This document shows positions 1 to 14,624 of a stretch of 64,000 nt of DNA, in pieces. The first letter of the stretch is position 1. Each line of letters starts with the position of its first letter. The stretch is taken from contig NW_002060950.1 of the NCBI RefSeq assembly GCF_000150275.1, forward strand, positions 2,654,106-2,718,105. The letters run 5' to 3'. This DNA is from Trichoplax adhaerens (taxonomy: Eukaryota > Animalia > Placozoa). Made by a program: the position numbers and the translations under genes. Below the pieces are notes generated by a model. It saw nothing but the letters and a program-made list of their open reading frames with translations, was not told the DNA's origin and ran no database searches.

Positions 1-920
1 AATCAAAAGCAATTAAATATTAAAAATTGTGTTATATTTAAGTTTTCTCGTGAGAATGATGAAATCATGTAAAAAGAACTTAATCTCAGATTATTTTGAA
101 TTTTTCAATAGGACTAATTCCGAAAACGATTACATGTAACCTTATTCAGCTGCTTTTATTCTTATAATATATATATCGATAAAGAACTAACAATAATTTC
201 ATAAGCAGCAGCATACTTGATTATCAATCTGAGCTTATTGTTCGAAACCACGAAAGTAAAGTTGAATTATTTTGAATCTAACGATAGAGTAGCTTAAATA
301 CGATTGAGATCTGACTTTTGATGTAAGGTATATCATTGTAAAACTCTAACACATTAAACAGTATCTAAAATCGCTGAGTAATTGCGTCATGATAAGTCAG
401 TTGCAGCAAAATGTAACCTAGTCATGATAAGAATTAAAACTCTGTAACATATATTTTACTATGCATGTAATATCAATATGTAAAGCTCTCACCTACAATA
501 AAGCATTTCGTAAATTTAGCTAAAATAATTAAGTATAGTTTAAGTAATTATAGCATAGTTATACGCTTCCATAGGTGAGAAAATTTTAAGAAATTTTGAA
601 ATATTAGCATTAAGAGAATAGCAAATTATCTCCATTTCCATAATTGCAAAATGCATATTCTATAACATCATAAATGAAACTAATCTAGCCGTCCACCTAG
701 ACCCCTTGTTTCTAGCATTTATTGTACAGTATGTGTGGTTTTACTTACTAGATAACAGTGTTAAATTTTACTTTTCCAAAGTTGCTTAAAAGAGTAACTA
801 TTGAGTTGGTAATTTAAGTCATGTAGGTTATTAAAATCTTTTTATAATAAGATTCATGCAATTGATATCTTGCCAATATCGCATTAAAATCCTTTTCTTC
901 TATATCTAACTGTAATCTAT

Positions 921-1240
921 AAGTTAAGCAAAAATGGAACGACTTTCTGTAAAAATGTCACAGTAGGAACTTGAGCAAAAAAGCATTTAAATAAAGAATA
1001 TTAACTAATCAAAGATCCTTTTATTAATAAGACTGAATAGCCTCACCAGTAATTTAACTCTATGATCCTTTCATTCTATGTCTACAGTAATCGATAAGGT
1101 AAGCAAAAATGAGACAGCTTTCCACTAAAAAACCACAGTAGGAATTTATGTAAAAATGTTTAAAACAAAGACTGTTAACTAATCAAATATCTTTCTGTTA
1201 ATAAGATTAGAAAGCCATATCAGTAATTTAACCTTAATGG
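921..1240. repeat. Diverged direct duplication, 2 copies about 175 bp apart
   Basis: taagcaaaaatg...cacagtaggaa...ttaactaatcaaa...ttaataaga...cagtaatttaac occurs collinearly at ~925-1060 and ~1100-1235. Confidence 0.75.
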
Positions 1241-3096
1241 TACAGTAAACAACATGCAGTAATCCCATATATTCAGCTAGCCAGCCTGATGGATATTCCA
1301 AGCGCGCTTTTATTTATCAAACCAGGAATTATGCCAATACTTCGATTGCTCTAACAATATAGGTTACATCAATATTCATGCCTGAGTTAGAATAATGACT
1401 AATACTGTCTTATCCCCTACTTGCTGAAGTGAAGTTTTCTACATGCATACAATCAATCACAACGCTTAACTAATATGTTTGATATCCAAATCGCGAATCA
1501 TAATCGTTATTCTGCCCCAAAGTTGATGCTCAAGTAGATATTTACTGGTATACTATCATTTTCTAAGCTTGTGGGCTAATGACTGAATAGCAATCATAAG
1601 GTCTTTGTCGATTTGGTTCAGGTTGAAGATTTTATCAATCATTCATTTAGTAAGGAAGGTTTATAAGAAGTCAAAAATAATTACTGGAATAAAAATTGAA
1701 AGTCGTTTCGCAAGCATGAAAGATAATTAATTAAAATAAATAGCACCGGTATTTGAAACCATTCACTTTAAAAAAAATGCGATATACGTTGTTAGGCTAT
1801 AAGTTTTACATGTAAATAATAATAATTATGTTGCATCTCGCAAGTGCAATCACATTTGATTGATCATATAGTTTTATTCCAAGTATTAGATATTTGCCTT
1901 AATCTTGTTATTTAATGAGAGCATATAACAATTTTTCCTAATTATCTTGGTCAACTAAGCGGTTAATAAATTCACCTGATTTATGCGTTGCTCGTTTTAA
2001 TATGTCTCGTTATCTTTCATGTTTTGGAAGTTTCATTAAATATTTAGCATGTAAACTTATTGGTAGAAAATTTCCTTCTAGATTGCAGTCAGTTTTATCT
2101 CTGTCTGAATGAACCTCAAGTAAATCATGTGATTTCAATTTAGATTGAAATAACAAACTAAAGCAGAAATATGTTACTGCGGCGCGAAGACATCATCATA
2201 GGAAGGCTTCTTTCAGGAAAGCATCTTGCTAATTATTCATGACCATTTGCTCTTCCTTTAGTGAAATTAGACTATGATATAGTCAATAAATATTATGATA
2301 ATAATAGTAATAGATTACGTACATATATAGGATAGTTTGCGCAATCTTTTTGGAGGCATATTTATCAATAATTAGTATTAAATTAAAAAATAAAACTTAA
2401 ATGTATAGTATAAATTTATATTCAATTATAATGAAATGAAAGTGAATTTTAGACCTTAATAAACATATCATTGACCATCAATGGTGCTCAATGAGATTAT
2501 CCGTAAAATCTGCCATCCGCCTTAGAATTCTAACGCTATCATAGAACCCCATGTACTTATATAAAAATTTGCAGCTTTAATAATGAACCTCATCTATTCG
2601 ATTTAAAATATTCATCCCTATAATTTTTTACTTCATAATATACAATTATCAAGAGATTAATAAAATGAAATTAAAGTTAAATTTTTATCGTAACAATGTT
2701 CAGATAATAGCCTAAAGCAATAACTTTTCCGCCGAAAGCAAAATTAAATAAAAAATTCAATTTCAAGTCATTTGGACTGGAGTAGAAGTATAATAATATT
2801 TTTATTTACTGTATAACGTCATCCACTGTTGATATTGTGGGTATAGCTTTTGGCTGACGTTTTCCAATAAATCTATAGCTTTAGTGTAATCTTTCTCACA
2901 TTAGGTCTTTACTTTGGTAAAATTGTGATCTAATGGCTTACTTTTATGACAAAGTAAATTATTTTTAAGTTACCGTATCACAAGCCAGGCTTGTAATTAG
3001 CAAAATAATGAATCATTGTGAAAAAAAAACATCAATTAACTCATCCACTATGTTTTAAATATAACTGATTCAATTTAGTCTAATGTTTATTTGTAG

Positions 3097-3412
3097 TAGT
3101 ACGTGAAATGGTCGAATGAAATAAATCTACTTTCATTTCACAATGATTCAGTTTTGCTATTGAAGCACGATCTAGTCAATATTAATATTAGTCAAGGAAT
3201 ATCCTTGCAGATTCTAGATTTATTCACTTACAATTGCACTGATGGAATAAAAGCATTTAAAGATAATTTAACAAGGCGAGCTGGCAACCTTATTCATATA
3301 TTATTATTTAATGTGGAGATCAACCTAAAAGGTAAATATCAGTTGAGCACGACCAATAAGTATGGAATCGTCATAGTGATCTACAATCATAGAATAATCA
3401 ATTTCAGGCAAG
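3097..3412 (+). pseudogene. Possible isolated or degenerate exon with Ig-like C-terminal motif
   Basis: Open frame after ttgtag acceptor (3096) and before caag|gtaact donor. ILLFNVEINLKGKYQL resembles the Ig L-x-I-x-N-V-x(3)-D-x-G-x-Y motif but lacks the Asp and Cys. Confidence 0.25.
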
Positions 3413-4282
3413 GTAACTATGATGATGAAGAGAAAAGCACAGTAAACATTGATTTTATTATTTTTAAATCTGAGGAAACAACCATTGTCAAGCCAATCAA
3501 GCCTTGATTCAATTAATATATTGCATCAAATCTATTAAATTGGCCTAAACAATAACACAGTCTACAATCAATTTCCGCCTCTTTATTCCAGTCTTAGACT
3601 ACAATGGTCTATCGTATACTTATTGCCTATTGCCTCGTCATTTTAATATTGGTCTATACGATATAAAGGTCTTAATATTAAGGCCTGACATTTAAATATT
3701 ATTTTCAATGCAATTTGTATAATATTTTAGTTCAGCCCGTGTACAATATATATGTCTTAAATAGAAAGAAGCGTGGTATTATACGATTTTCTGTAGTCTA
3801 GACATAAATTGGCAGGAAAAATTAAAAGAACAGTAGTTCATATCGCGCCACATTTGGCTAACATCTCTACCTGCATATTCTGATTGTACTGTCATTGGCC
3901 AAAAAGTCAAAAAGTTATACACAAGATTCAAAATCGAAAGCGATTTCTACTTTTATAATTACTGCAATATTCATCTTTTTCCATTTATAAAGTTCTTGGC
4001 AATCAATCTCCTATGCAAAGTTACATAGCGATATCGAAATCTTTCATCTTTACCAGCCATTTTTTTCGTGGCAACAAAAGAATTTCTAGGACCTGCTTTA
4101 GCTTTTTCTCATGAAGAGTATAATGTTATTCTCTTCATGTAATTTTGATTTCTAAATTTCTAAATTTCTAATTATAATTATCAGTATTGCTTAAGGTTTC
4201 ACCTCTGTACTATTAACTTGATATTCGATCTATAATCTAAATTTAATTAGGCCATAACATTCCAAATTTTTTAACCTTAACC

Positions 4283-5425
4283 ATGGATTCTATCAATTCA
4301 ACGCAATCTTCATTGCCATATTATTCATCAACCAACTATCTGGCTATTGTTATTTTAATTTTGTTAGCCATTGCCTGCATATTAGGCAATTTATTATCTA
4401 TTATAGTTATCTATCGCAATAAGAATATGCATGATCCGTCTGGCTTACTGATGGCCAACTTAGCCACTGCTGATTTATGCATCGGATTAATATTTATGAC
4501 TACGACCGTTGTATACACATGGAAAAAGTCTTATATGTTTAACGAGTTAAGTTGTGCAATGCGTGCATATCTTATTACTGTTATAGTCACTGTCTCGCAA
4601 TTTACTGCCGCTTATATTGCCATAGATCGCTGTATCTATGTCTGTAAGCCATTGCATTATCCAATGTGGATTACAAAATGGAAAATGGGATCCCTTATTA
4701 TATTTACATGGATATTAGCAAGTTTATTTGGTTCTATTCCGTTAATGCAGTTGGAACAATATGGCCTCGGTCGTTATACCTATGTCAGTTATATGTATTC
4801 ATGCTGGCTAGATATAAAAAAATTTCAACAAAATGGCAGCATCTTATTATTGCTATTTAATACTTTTATTGGACTCTTGCTTATCGTTTCAATATGTTAC
4901 ATTATTATCCTGTATAAAGCTAAAAAAGTACATACCACTATTCAGCCATTTAGAAGGCAATTCAATATACGGCAGCAACTACCGACACGAATGGTTAAGC
5001 TATCATGGATTAATAAGCCTACTAAAACGTCGGTTATACTCGTTGGTGTTTATTTGATTTGTGCAGCGCCAACAGCTATATTTGGTATAACTATGACATT
5101 AAATTTTGAATATTATAATGTTAGTGATGCTTACTATCGCGTTCTACTTTATTGGTGTATGTACGCTAACGCCTTAGCCAATCCATTTATCTTTGGATTT
5201 TCACATCGAGATTTCCGTCAGACATATCGATCGTTGTGTTGTAAAAATCCTATGCGATACATAATGCAATTTCTACCGGTTAAGAAGCAGCCACCCAGTG
5301 GAAGTTTATCGTTTACGATTGTGCGATCATCCGATAGTAACCATCATAGTATATCGCATTATCCAGCAAGCCGCTCAATGAGAGTGAACGCTGCTGGGGG
5401 GAAAAATTTATTTCTTGACTTTTAA
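4283..5425 (+). CDS. Intronless class A (rhodopsin-like) GPCR, orphan, amine/opsin-like branch
   Basis: 380-aa ORF with 7 hydrophobic segments; GN in TM1, NLAxAD in TM2, IAIDRC (DRY variant) then KPLHY, W in TM4, CAAP in TM6, NPFIF in TM7; aataaa at 5442. Confidence 0.95.
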   Translation: MDSINSTQSSLPYYSSTNYLAIVILILLAIACILGNLLSIIVIYRNKNMHDPSGLLMANLATADLCIGLIFMTTTVVYTWKKSYMFNELSCAMRAYLITVIVTVSQFTAAYIAIDRCIYVCKPLHYPMWITKWKMGSLIIFTWILASLFGSIPLMQLEQYGLGRYTYVSYMYSCWLDIKKFQQNGSILLLLFNTFIGLLLIVSICYIIILYKAKKVHTTIQPFRRQFNIRQQLPTRMVKLSWINKPTKTSVILVGVYLICAAPTAIFGITMTLNFEYYNVSDAYYRVLLYWCMYANALANPFIFGFSHRDFRQTYRSLCCKNPMRYIMQFLPVKKQPPSGSLSFTIVRSSDSNHHSISHYPASRSMRVNAAGGKNLFLDF

Positions 5426-8400
5426 TACTAGTTAAATGAGCAATAAAATAGTATTCTAATTCACTCTAGAAGTAATCCAAAATTGTTTGCGAAATTTTTG
5501 AACTATGAAATATTTTTTGGATGAAATTAAATTATAAAATGAAGATTTCGATTTTACGATTGAGCACTCATTTGTTATGGTATTGGTTAGCTTAACAGTA
5601 AATCCACTTATATACGGTAATCGCTACTAGATGAAAATGTATTCTCAATTTTTAAATTCGCTCTCACTTAAAATTGATGAATTGCTATAATAAAGTATTC
5701 AGATTAAAATTTATAGATAATTTGTTTTTCCTTGCAGAATATCCAAACGTAAAATCGATTTGCTGGTCATGATATACAACATATTATATTCTGTATCGAG
5801 ATAAATATAAAAGTAAACAGTAAAACCACGACCCTTTAGGCAATGTGATCAAAATTTTTTATCTATACCTTGTAATCCACTATAGCTAGTATCTGAAATC
5901 GAATGCATGTTTCGTATAATTTTTAAGTATTCTAATTTACGATAAATGCAGACTGATCCATCATTTATAGTGGATAAGAGAGACCCTAACGCAATTTGAC
6001 CGATCGATTTTCCTTTCTTATTACGCGATGTGTTGATATCATCGCTCCCCCACCAATGCCATAGTAATATACGAAAATAAGTTACTCTGAAAATTAGAAC
6101 TCTGCGCCGGTTAAGATACTTATAGGACCAGAGCTACTAATTTTCTTATGAAACTACATTATTTACTCAAGTTAATAAAACAGCTATATCGAATCGCTAT
6201 TACTTTTCTACATTAATCGCAATAAATTGGCTTTGTTAGCAAGTACCCGCCTGCAAGGTTGCTATTCCTGCAATGCTGTATATTAATACTAGTACTGCAA
6301 CATCGAAATTCTATACAGTATTTCTAATGAAGACAGTAGTTGTTATTTTAAGAAAGTATACGTTTAAACATTAGAAGAGCTTAGGATACAAATAGTAGGG
6401 AATTGAGCTATTTCATCTTTTTTAATTTAGCTCAGTTTACTGACATTGACTTTGTTTTTTTTTCTAGCTACAAAATTTTTCGACATCTTTCTATAGGAAA
6501 TATTCATAGTAATCTTTTAAAGTATGGACATAGTGCCATTTTAAGTAACTAGAAAGATGGTTATTTCGTGAATAACATTAGCATCAACATCAATTAGCCA
6601 CAAATTGAAGTATACTGATTTCTAAGCGATTGAAGTGAAGACAACGTAAATAAATTGTTTCGTTGGTCCTTTTATAAAAGTTATTTTAATGCGATCTGCA
6701 CCATCGATATGCTGAAAGAAATGACAGGAAACAATAACGTTAATGAGGCTGTTCTTTGATTAACAAGGAAAATTCCGTGCATTGCTAGGGTAATTTTAAA
6801 GTAATGAAAAATACTCTAATTGTGTTTATAATGCGTCAATGCTGGCTTGCTCAATTTGAAGTGAAATTGCATCTATAGCAATTTAGATTAGCTAACCTTT
6901 TCTCGCTCACCAAAACGATTTAGATGGAATATTTAGTATAAATTTTTAAAGTAAACTAGGGCAGAATCGAAATTAAATTAGCAGATTTTGCAAAAGAAAA
7001 ACCTATTAACGTCATAGAAACATTTATTTTTGCTTACTAGTGGGAGTATGGGGACGCCATTGATACAACGTTACAAGTTTCAATTTTCATTTTTTGGAAT
7101 ATCTGACAGAATATGCGGTACACCAATATTCGCATTTTAAATAATAAATAGTTAACTGTAAGGTTAAAATTTCTAAATTTCACACATTTGAACTACATCA
7201 ATATTATATTTGATTTGCTATAGCTTCGAAACATGCAGTATCAGACGTGCATGGACTACGACAGTCTTGTAGTACAATCATAAACAGGAGAGAGAGAAAA
7301 AAACATCAAGCAATTGTAACTTAGATTTCGTTTCAATGATATTAAAATTTCATATTGGAAGAAAGTACAGTCAATATTCCTGTCCAAAAATAGCAAAATT
7401 TATTGTTTTTGGTCTGACGTCCGATAATTTGCTTAACTGTATCAGCACATATTAGAGAATCATCAGCGGAATTTCTATTGCAGTATTTTCCAAAAACTAT
7501 TCCAATTTAATTCTTGTTTAGAAAGGAAAAGATACCGCCAATAACTACAAACTTGAGATTTTTCAATTCCATCTCTGATATAAGAAAATTGTAAGGATTT
7601 TACTTTATATTCGAAATCATCACATCTATTATATTTATCTTCCAATTTCTGATATAGTACCAAATATTTGACATCTTAACCCTATTAAATTACCCCGAAT
7701 ATTATTATTTCTCAAGATGAAATGGCAATTTCGTCTCGCAGAAAGCATTATTGTCGTCCATGACGTTCAAATTAAATATATTTACGCAATAGGAACAATA
7801 AGTACTATATTCACATGTTGTCATAGTCAGACTATAGTATAATTTCATTTAATGAATAAAAATCAATCCAGTTTTTATTATGCTTAATTAATGACACTAA
7901 AAATTACTTTAATAACTTTAGAGATAAATCGCCCATTTAAAATGTGTACGTATTTAATAGATATTTTTATCGCCTTGAGTGCTAATATCAACATCAATAC
8001 TATGTAAGTAATAGCGATCATGAGATAAACAGTTAGGCGTTGTTTCTTGCTCATTTATCTTTTCTGTCACAGATCAACATTCCATTGACTTTATTACTTG
8101 AGATCCTGGCTTAGCATAAAATTCAAGTAAAAAAGATTATTTCTTTTAACATGTTTCAATTTATTTCCCAGTTTTAGATAATATGATCAATATTTAAAGA
8201 TTATATCTAGCCTATGGTATGTCTACGATAGACCTTGCATTTATATGATATTGGAAATCCTATAACCTCCCGATAAGCGATTTGAATTATTTTTATAAAT
8301 CCTTCTTAGTATTAAGTCCACTTAAGCCCACAAAATGTTATAGAACGATAGCGCTGATGTACGCATACAATTTTCAAATACCTAATTTCCTATCCCTGGA

Positions 8401-11400
8401 AAAGCTATCTAGTAAATTTAGGCTAGAATAATCCACTCGTATACTGTCACAGAATATTGTACTATCGATGAAATAGCCTATTGGATAAAACTTTGAGCGT
8501 ATAATATATAGATACTCCAATATTTTAATGTAATTTTAGGATAACAGTTTTTTCGATTAATAATATTAGAGAAAAGTCAATTTTTAATGTCACCAGTAAA
8601 TGGTAAAACGTGTGTAGTAAAGGACTAAAGTAGAGTCCTTTGTAGCTTTTAGTATGTAACTAGTATTGTTTTACACTAGAAAATACCTATAAAGTCATAG
8701 TGTCTTTAAGTTTTACCCTGCCAAATCATCATGTCGCCATCTTTTTTTCTTCGTTATTTTACAATGTATTATGTAGATTACTATAGAAGTAGCCCTAGAG
8801 CAATTGCCTAATCTAATGAAAGGGCGTTTGATCGTCTATTCAAATTGTAAACGAATTTGACTTAGCAACAAAACCCTATCTATAGAGAAAGAGGATTTAT
8901 AACGTGACGGTAAAGTACTGTAATGTAGTCTATAATCAATCGTACAGTTATCGTACAACCTGACACTAAAACATCAACTGACAATGCTAAGCGATACTAA
9001 TGTCAGAAAAGTAGTCGTATTAGTCATATAAAATTTTTTGTTAAGCGATTACTGTGATCTTTATAAAATCCGGATTTTTGGGATTGGGATTCCAGAACCG
9101 GTTGGATTCATGCCCGATATAATTTTTCTGTATTAATTTATCTGTTTTAATTTTTCTGTTTTAATTTTGGATTTTAGTTTATGGAAAATATCGTAAGAGT
9201 TGATTTTTGAAATTTGTACTTTTTGTTATGAATTTAAAAATTGGGAATTTTATGACGTGACATGAAAGTCACATTAGGAAAGTTTAGTTAGGAAAATAGA
9301 AAATAAGATGGAAATTGGCAGAGGTTGTGTTGATTGTTAAGTAGTTAGACTGTTATTTTTATGACTAAATCTTGATTTTTAAAGGTTAATTTTTAGACTT
9401 TTAGAATGTATCAATGATAGAAATTATGTTAGAAGTGAAGTTTGACATATTTTATAGTTAACTTGTTGGTTTTATAGTGTTTTGTAAGGGAATTGTAGGG
9501 TAAATTGTGTCTGAACTTTGAATGATTTTTGTTTTCTTAAATGGTGCAAAGTAGTTTTGTAAAATGGATCTTAAGGGCTATTGGTTAGTAAATGTTTAGT
9601 TTGAAATACCTCTGACGGCTCTGCGAAGCCTATAAAAGATGGTGCAATTAGAAAATTTAGAGGAGAGTAGAATAAGATTCTTTTGAAGAACTTGATAAAT
9701 TTAAAAGGCCTTCGGGGTCGAATTGTCCTAAGTTAAAACGTTCTTCTTTTTTGAAAGGTTGTTTGGTTGTTGACAGTTTCCAAGTCCGTCACTTATTTTA
9801 TTAATACTTAAAGCTAAATGTATGTAAGGTTGTTCGTTTTATACTTCTCTCCATTTTTTTGTAATAAATTGTTGATCGATTATTTCCCCAGATTTTATTT
9901 GGTGTCAAAGTTTCGTTAAGTCGACCGGAGTGCAACGAAAGTAGAATCAAAGTTTATTAAAGTTTTGTAGCTTGATCTCTACACTTTTCATTTCATTACA
10001 CGTGTTAATGACTACTGTTTGGTAATGATTACCCCAATTCTATATCATGATGCATTAATGGTTATTGATAGAAAAATTTTTGAATGGGATATATTTCTGT
10101 AATGTAACTTAGTATTGTGATTGTAGACTGTTAGCCATGTGTAGTATAATGTACGGTAGATATTTATCCTAAGAGATATTTGGTAGCTGTAACTATAGAC
10201 TGTAGTGCTAGAGACTCTATGCTAGAGTACAGATGACTATATACAGTACAGTAAAGCTGTTGAGTTACTAATATGGCTATAGGTAAAAATAGAACTGTAA
10301 ATCATATATTAGGATATGGTTAATTCATTGTACTTTGGCTGGTGTGAATAATGTCTACGTAAGTACTGTAGTCGTATCCATATTGGATTAAGGATGGTCC
10401 GCAGTAGAATAGTCTTACTAAGAATAATTTAACTATGTGTAAAATAAGGTAAAAGGTTGCCATGCGGATTGTAGCTGCGAATGCTACGGAAAGTATAAAA
10501 GCATGCAACTTTAGATTATTCTGTTAGTTCGTTGTAGAAGTCTTTAGAAGTAGTATTCGGCTAGAGTAGAGCTGTGTAGTTAATCTTTGTATAAGATTCA
10601 ATAAAGCCCTTATTTTTCTAAAATTTGGAATTTCGTGATTGGTATATATCACAATTTCATATTAGTTTACCATTTTAAGAAAACATTCATTACCGTATTG
10701 AAAATAAATTGTATTTATCAACCAACAAAAGCATCACAAATTTGCAATTGTTAGCATGTGCTCTTTGAAAGCCTAATTTCTCTATTTTAATATAACACTA
10801 GGGGAAATAAATGATAATATTACGGATATTGATGTAAATCTTAATTCTTAAAACATGAAAGCCAAAGCAGCAGTTTCAGTAAAACTCAGGAGCTAAAAAT
10901 TATTAAATTTATTCCTTGTAAAATATACAACTAATCACATGGTCTCACATTATCATGCTAGCTCCATTACAGGTACTCCAATTTTTCTACTATATTCTTA
11001 AACAGCAAGAATCGGCGCCTTATCATTCTACATTAGCATAATAGTTGATTAGTTTTAAAGCTCTCTAAAAAATTGCAATCAAAGTTTTAAAATACAGTCA
11101 ATTAAAAATTCGTTAATATTCATTATTGCCTGTAAATGCTGATGTCATAACATCATCCTGCATTGGTTAGCTAATAGATAATCATGATAATTTTTCCCTT
11201 TCAACTGCTGTATTGATGAAATTTAGTATTTCTGCAATTTACTTACTTCTAATTAAAATATCTGCTAGTATGCTCGTACATAGACCCTCTATGTAAAACT
11301 GTAAATATACCCAAGGAAAAAATGGATATTCGTGAATGACAGTGAATAATTGCTCGGTATTAGTTATGGTGATGAGATGATTTACAAATTTAGTAACATT

Positions 11401-12978
11401 ATTTAAAGGTTCATTTTACTCCCAAGATATGCAATAATTTAATATCTGAATCATACAATAGCAATTGATTAAAGGGTTCTTCTATAGACTTTAATTTAAG
11501 TTATATTCTAAATTGATCGTAAAGTTGCCATAGCCTTGAGCATTATGATTATGAATGCACAGCTGCTGTATATTATTTCCTTTCAATCAAGCATTTTAAT
11601 ATTTATCCTTACAATACTTTTTACTTAGAGCAATGGCAACTACTTCGTGCATGAGACTGGTTATTTAAATAGAAATGATACACGTTAGTTGTCTTCACTC
11701 AAGCGTGCACTAATAGCTGGCAAGTATTGTATACCTATAAATGTTAATTGTACGTTTTTAATATCGAAAGACAGTGATTTACATTATGAAGATGGTTGCC
11801 ATAAATTTAAGAGAAAGTAAACTGTTATACAGAAGTTTGCATTTATTTTTCATGCGTCATAAACTATCATAATGTCCATACAAGAGTATCAGTTGCTCTA
11901 GTCACATTCTTACTTATAGATGAACTCATGATATACGCAGCTACGCCATAAAAATGCATTGAATTTACTATGTTTCATCGTTAATTATATCATCCATATT
12001 TTTGAAAGCTTCATATAATTCAAGTCTCTGTTTTTGCTAAAGTAAAGAAAAATTTGGAAACGATAGGTTTGCAAATGGTGAAAAACAGTTTCATGTCTGT
12101 AGCAATAACATCATAGCAGATATCTACACGAAAGAATTTACACGACCTATAGCACTTACGACGATTTGATAGCAATAGGAACGATCATAGTTTAATGAAA
12201 CTGGGAAATTGAAAGGCTATATATCTATCGGCTATTAAATGCTAGGATAGTGCTTTTTGCTAACTTTAGCAAGCAATGCAAATTGTATTGGATTGAAGTA
12301 AGCCAGATCTTACAGTTGTATATGATTCCAACTAGGTTATCAATATGCTTATGGTGGTTTCTTTTTGCTTTAGCAAAAAGAATTTCAATATAGTAATCTC
12401 CTTCGCGTTTAGAATATTGTTTGCTGCGCGTAAATTTTCTGCTGCCTTTCATAGATGGTATTTAGTAGTTAATAATTATTGTTGTCAGTAGAGTGAGAAA
12501 TAACTGCCTTAATAAATAGTGTTTATTTAGCAATCAATGAAGTAATTCTAAAAAATCGTTTAGTTAGGATTAATTTTGTTGAAGCCGTAATTAGGTAATT
12601 TAATTGTTGTAAATATTATAATATCAATAATAGGGCTTAAGTAGTAATGAATAGGAATATACGCTACCTTAATAGTTTACCTTAATATCAGGTACTAGAT
12701 GTGCGATAAATTACTCTTTCTGTAGTTTGATATTCTATTTCAAGGTATACAAAGGTGCAGTAATTGTTTGTGACTACGAGATAAAGAATAGAGGCGAAAT
12801 TAGATGGATCCAGACTTACTTAAATAAACATAGGTTATTCGATAGTATTTAAAATTCTATGAATTCTGTTGTCTTGCATTTGTGATTGCACTCCAGATTT
12901 GTGCCAAACAACACTGATATACAGATAATATCTCAGAGGCATCTCGATCATCGTTTGCCAGTAATATTGAAATGAAAT

Positions 12979-14075
12979 ATGATTATTGGAAATACTGACA
13001 TAACCTTATCCGTCGCTATCATGGAGCTCCCATATGTAATTGCAATAATATCAGTATCCGGAACTATTTGGCAATCATATCCTGACGGAATCACATTCTC
13101 CAGCTACAGTTTTTATAGATTGTCAGTATTATCGATGCATCTCTNNNNNNNNNNNNNNNNNNNNNNNNNNNNNNNNNNNNNNNNNNNNNNNNNNNNNNNN
13201 NNNNNNNNNNNNNNNNNNNNNNNNNNNNNNNNNNNNNNNNNNNNNNNNNTTATCGCTTTTGATAGAGCTGCAGTTTTAATTTTAATTTTAAATCCAGTCA
13301 ATCTCTCAATACAACATATACTATTATTCTGTTTACCTTCTTGTATGCTGTGCGGATTTATTTTACAGTATCCTTATGATTTCACTATCTCCTTGATTAA
13401 TGTCATTATAATTTACATCCCATGTTAAGATGGCTATATTTTTTAAACCTCTTGGTTGTGAATTCAATTCGTGAATGTTATATTAAATTGCTATAGCACT
13501 ATTTTATATTGATTATTTGGCACTGAAATGGATGGCGCTATACAGTCTTGTTTACGGTCTGTATGTCGCATTTCGCTTAATTCTAGCAAGTGCTCGTCGA
13601 GATTGCTTTTCTTCTACTTAATAAATTGATTTGGTTATTTCGGAGGTTTTGCCTGTATTGAGGGCAACATTGACATACTGCATTTCACATATAAAATCTT
13701 CTTTATGATTGATCTCATGCCATTGATCACCGAGGCATCGTGATAAACTGACCATCTAAATTCTACAGTAGTGTATTTGTGAAGATATTTCGCCCTGGAT
13801 ACGAAGCTATTTTTCGCATCTTCCGTACTCTCTCTATCGTTAGGTAACAGACTGAAGGCGTAAATATCGGCGCCTGAAGATGTTATATCTCATAGAATCT
13901 TCTTTGAATGATGACAGAGACTCCGATTTAATCAAGGCGTCTTGTTTGCTCAATTTTACTTTTTCCAATTTCAATCAGAAGATACGCTATTGAACACTGC
14001 ATTAAAATCCTACATTGAGTAGCATTGAATCATCCATGGTTATATTATTATTTTTCGTCCAACTTTGTCCATTTT
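12979..14075 (+). pseudogene. Decayed class A GPCR spanning the assembly gap
   Basis: IIGNTDITLSV (TM2-like), SMHL..IAFDRA (TM3 DRY-like), and LNHPWLYYYFSSNF at ~14024-14066 (NPxxY/helix 8-like) at GPCR-like spacing; stops in between. Confidence 0.55.
13145..13249. other. Assembly gap (run of N)
   Basis: Run of n characters. Confidence 0.99.
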
Positions 14076-14624
14076 GAATTAGGTAGATCAATGCAAGCTG
14101 TCTTCTTGCTGATCAATAGACCGTGTAAAATATTCATTTATGGTATAGAATGATTGAAAGCGCGTGACTTTATTGCATTATGAGTTATGTAATGATGATT
14201 GATTAATCTATTTGCAAAACAAGTTCCATCATTGCATGTTACGTTTTTAGTTTATGTACGCGTAAATACTACCATGTCGGTATTCTATTCTCTATATCAC
14301 AGAATATATGTTGCTGTTGATTGTCCAAGAGACCATTGTACTTGATTTAGAATCACTTATTGTAAATTGTTAATACTTGTACGGATAAATCCATGCCATC
14401 ATTGTAACTTGAATTACTGAGTGCAGTAGTCTGCATTCTATCGCGCCATATCCAATACTGGCAATGTGGCCACATCTACTGCATAGGTAAAACCGCAATT
14501 TTCCCCTCTATCGACAGTATCCTTGTGTGGTGCCTACGGCATGATGCTGTGATTATGTTTAGTAGAATTTCTACTAATTGAACCTACACGATGGATGGGC
14601 AACAGCCAAATCGGATGCTTTGAA

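Noticed and set aside
7475-7663. 62-aa minus-strand ORF
   Set aside because: No recognisable domain and no neighbouring exons found
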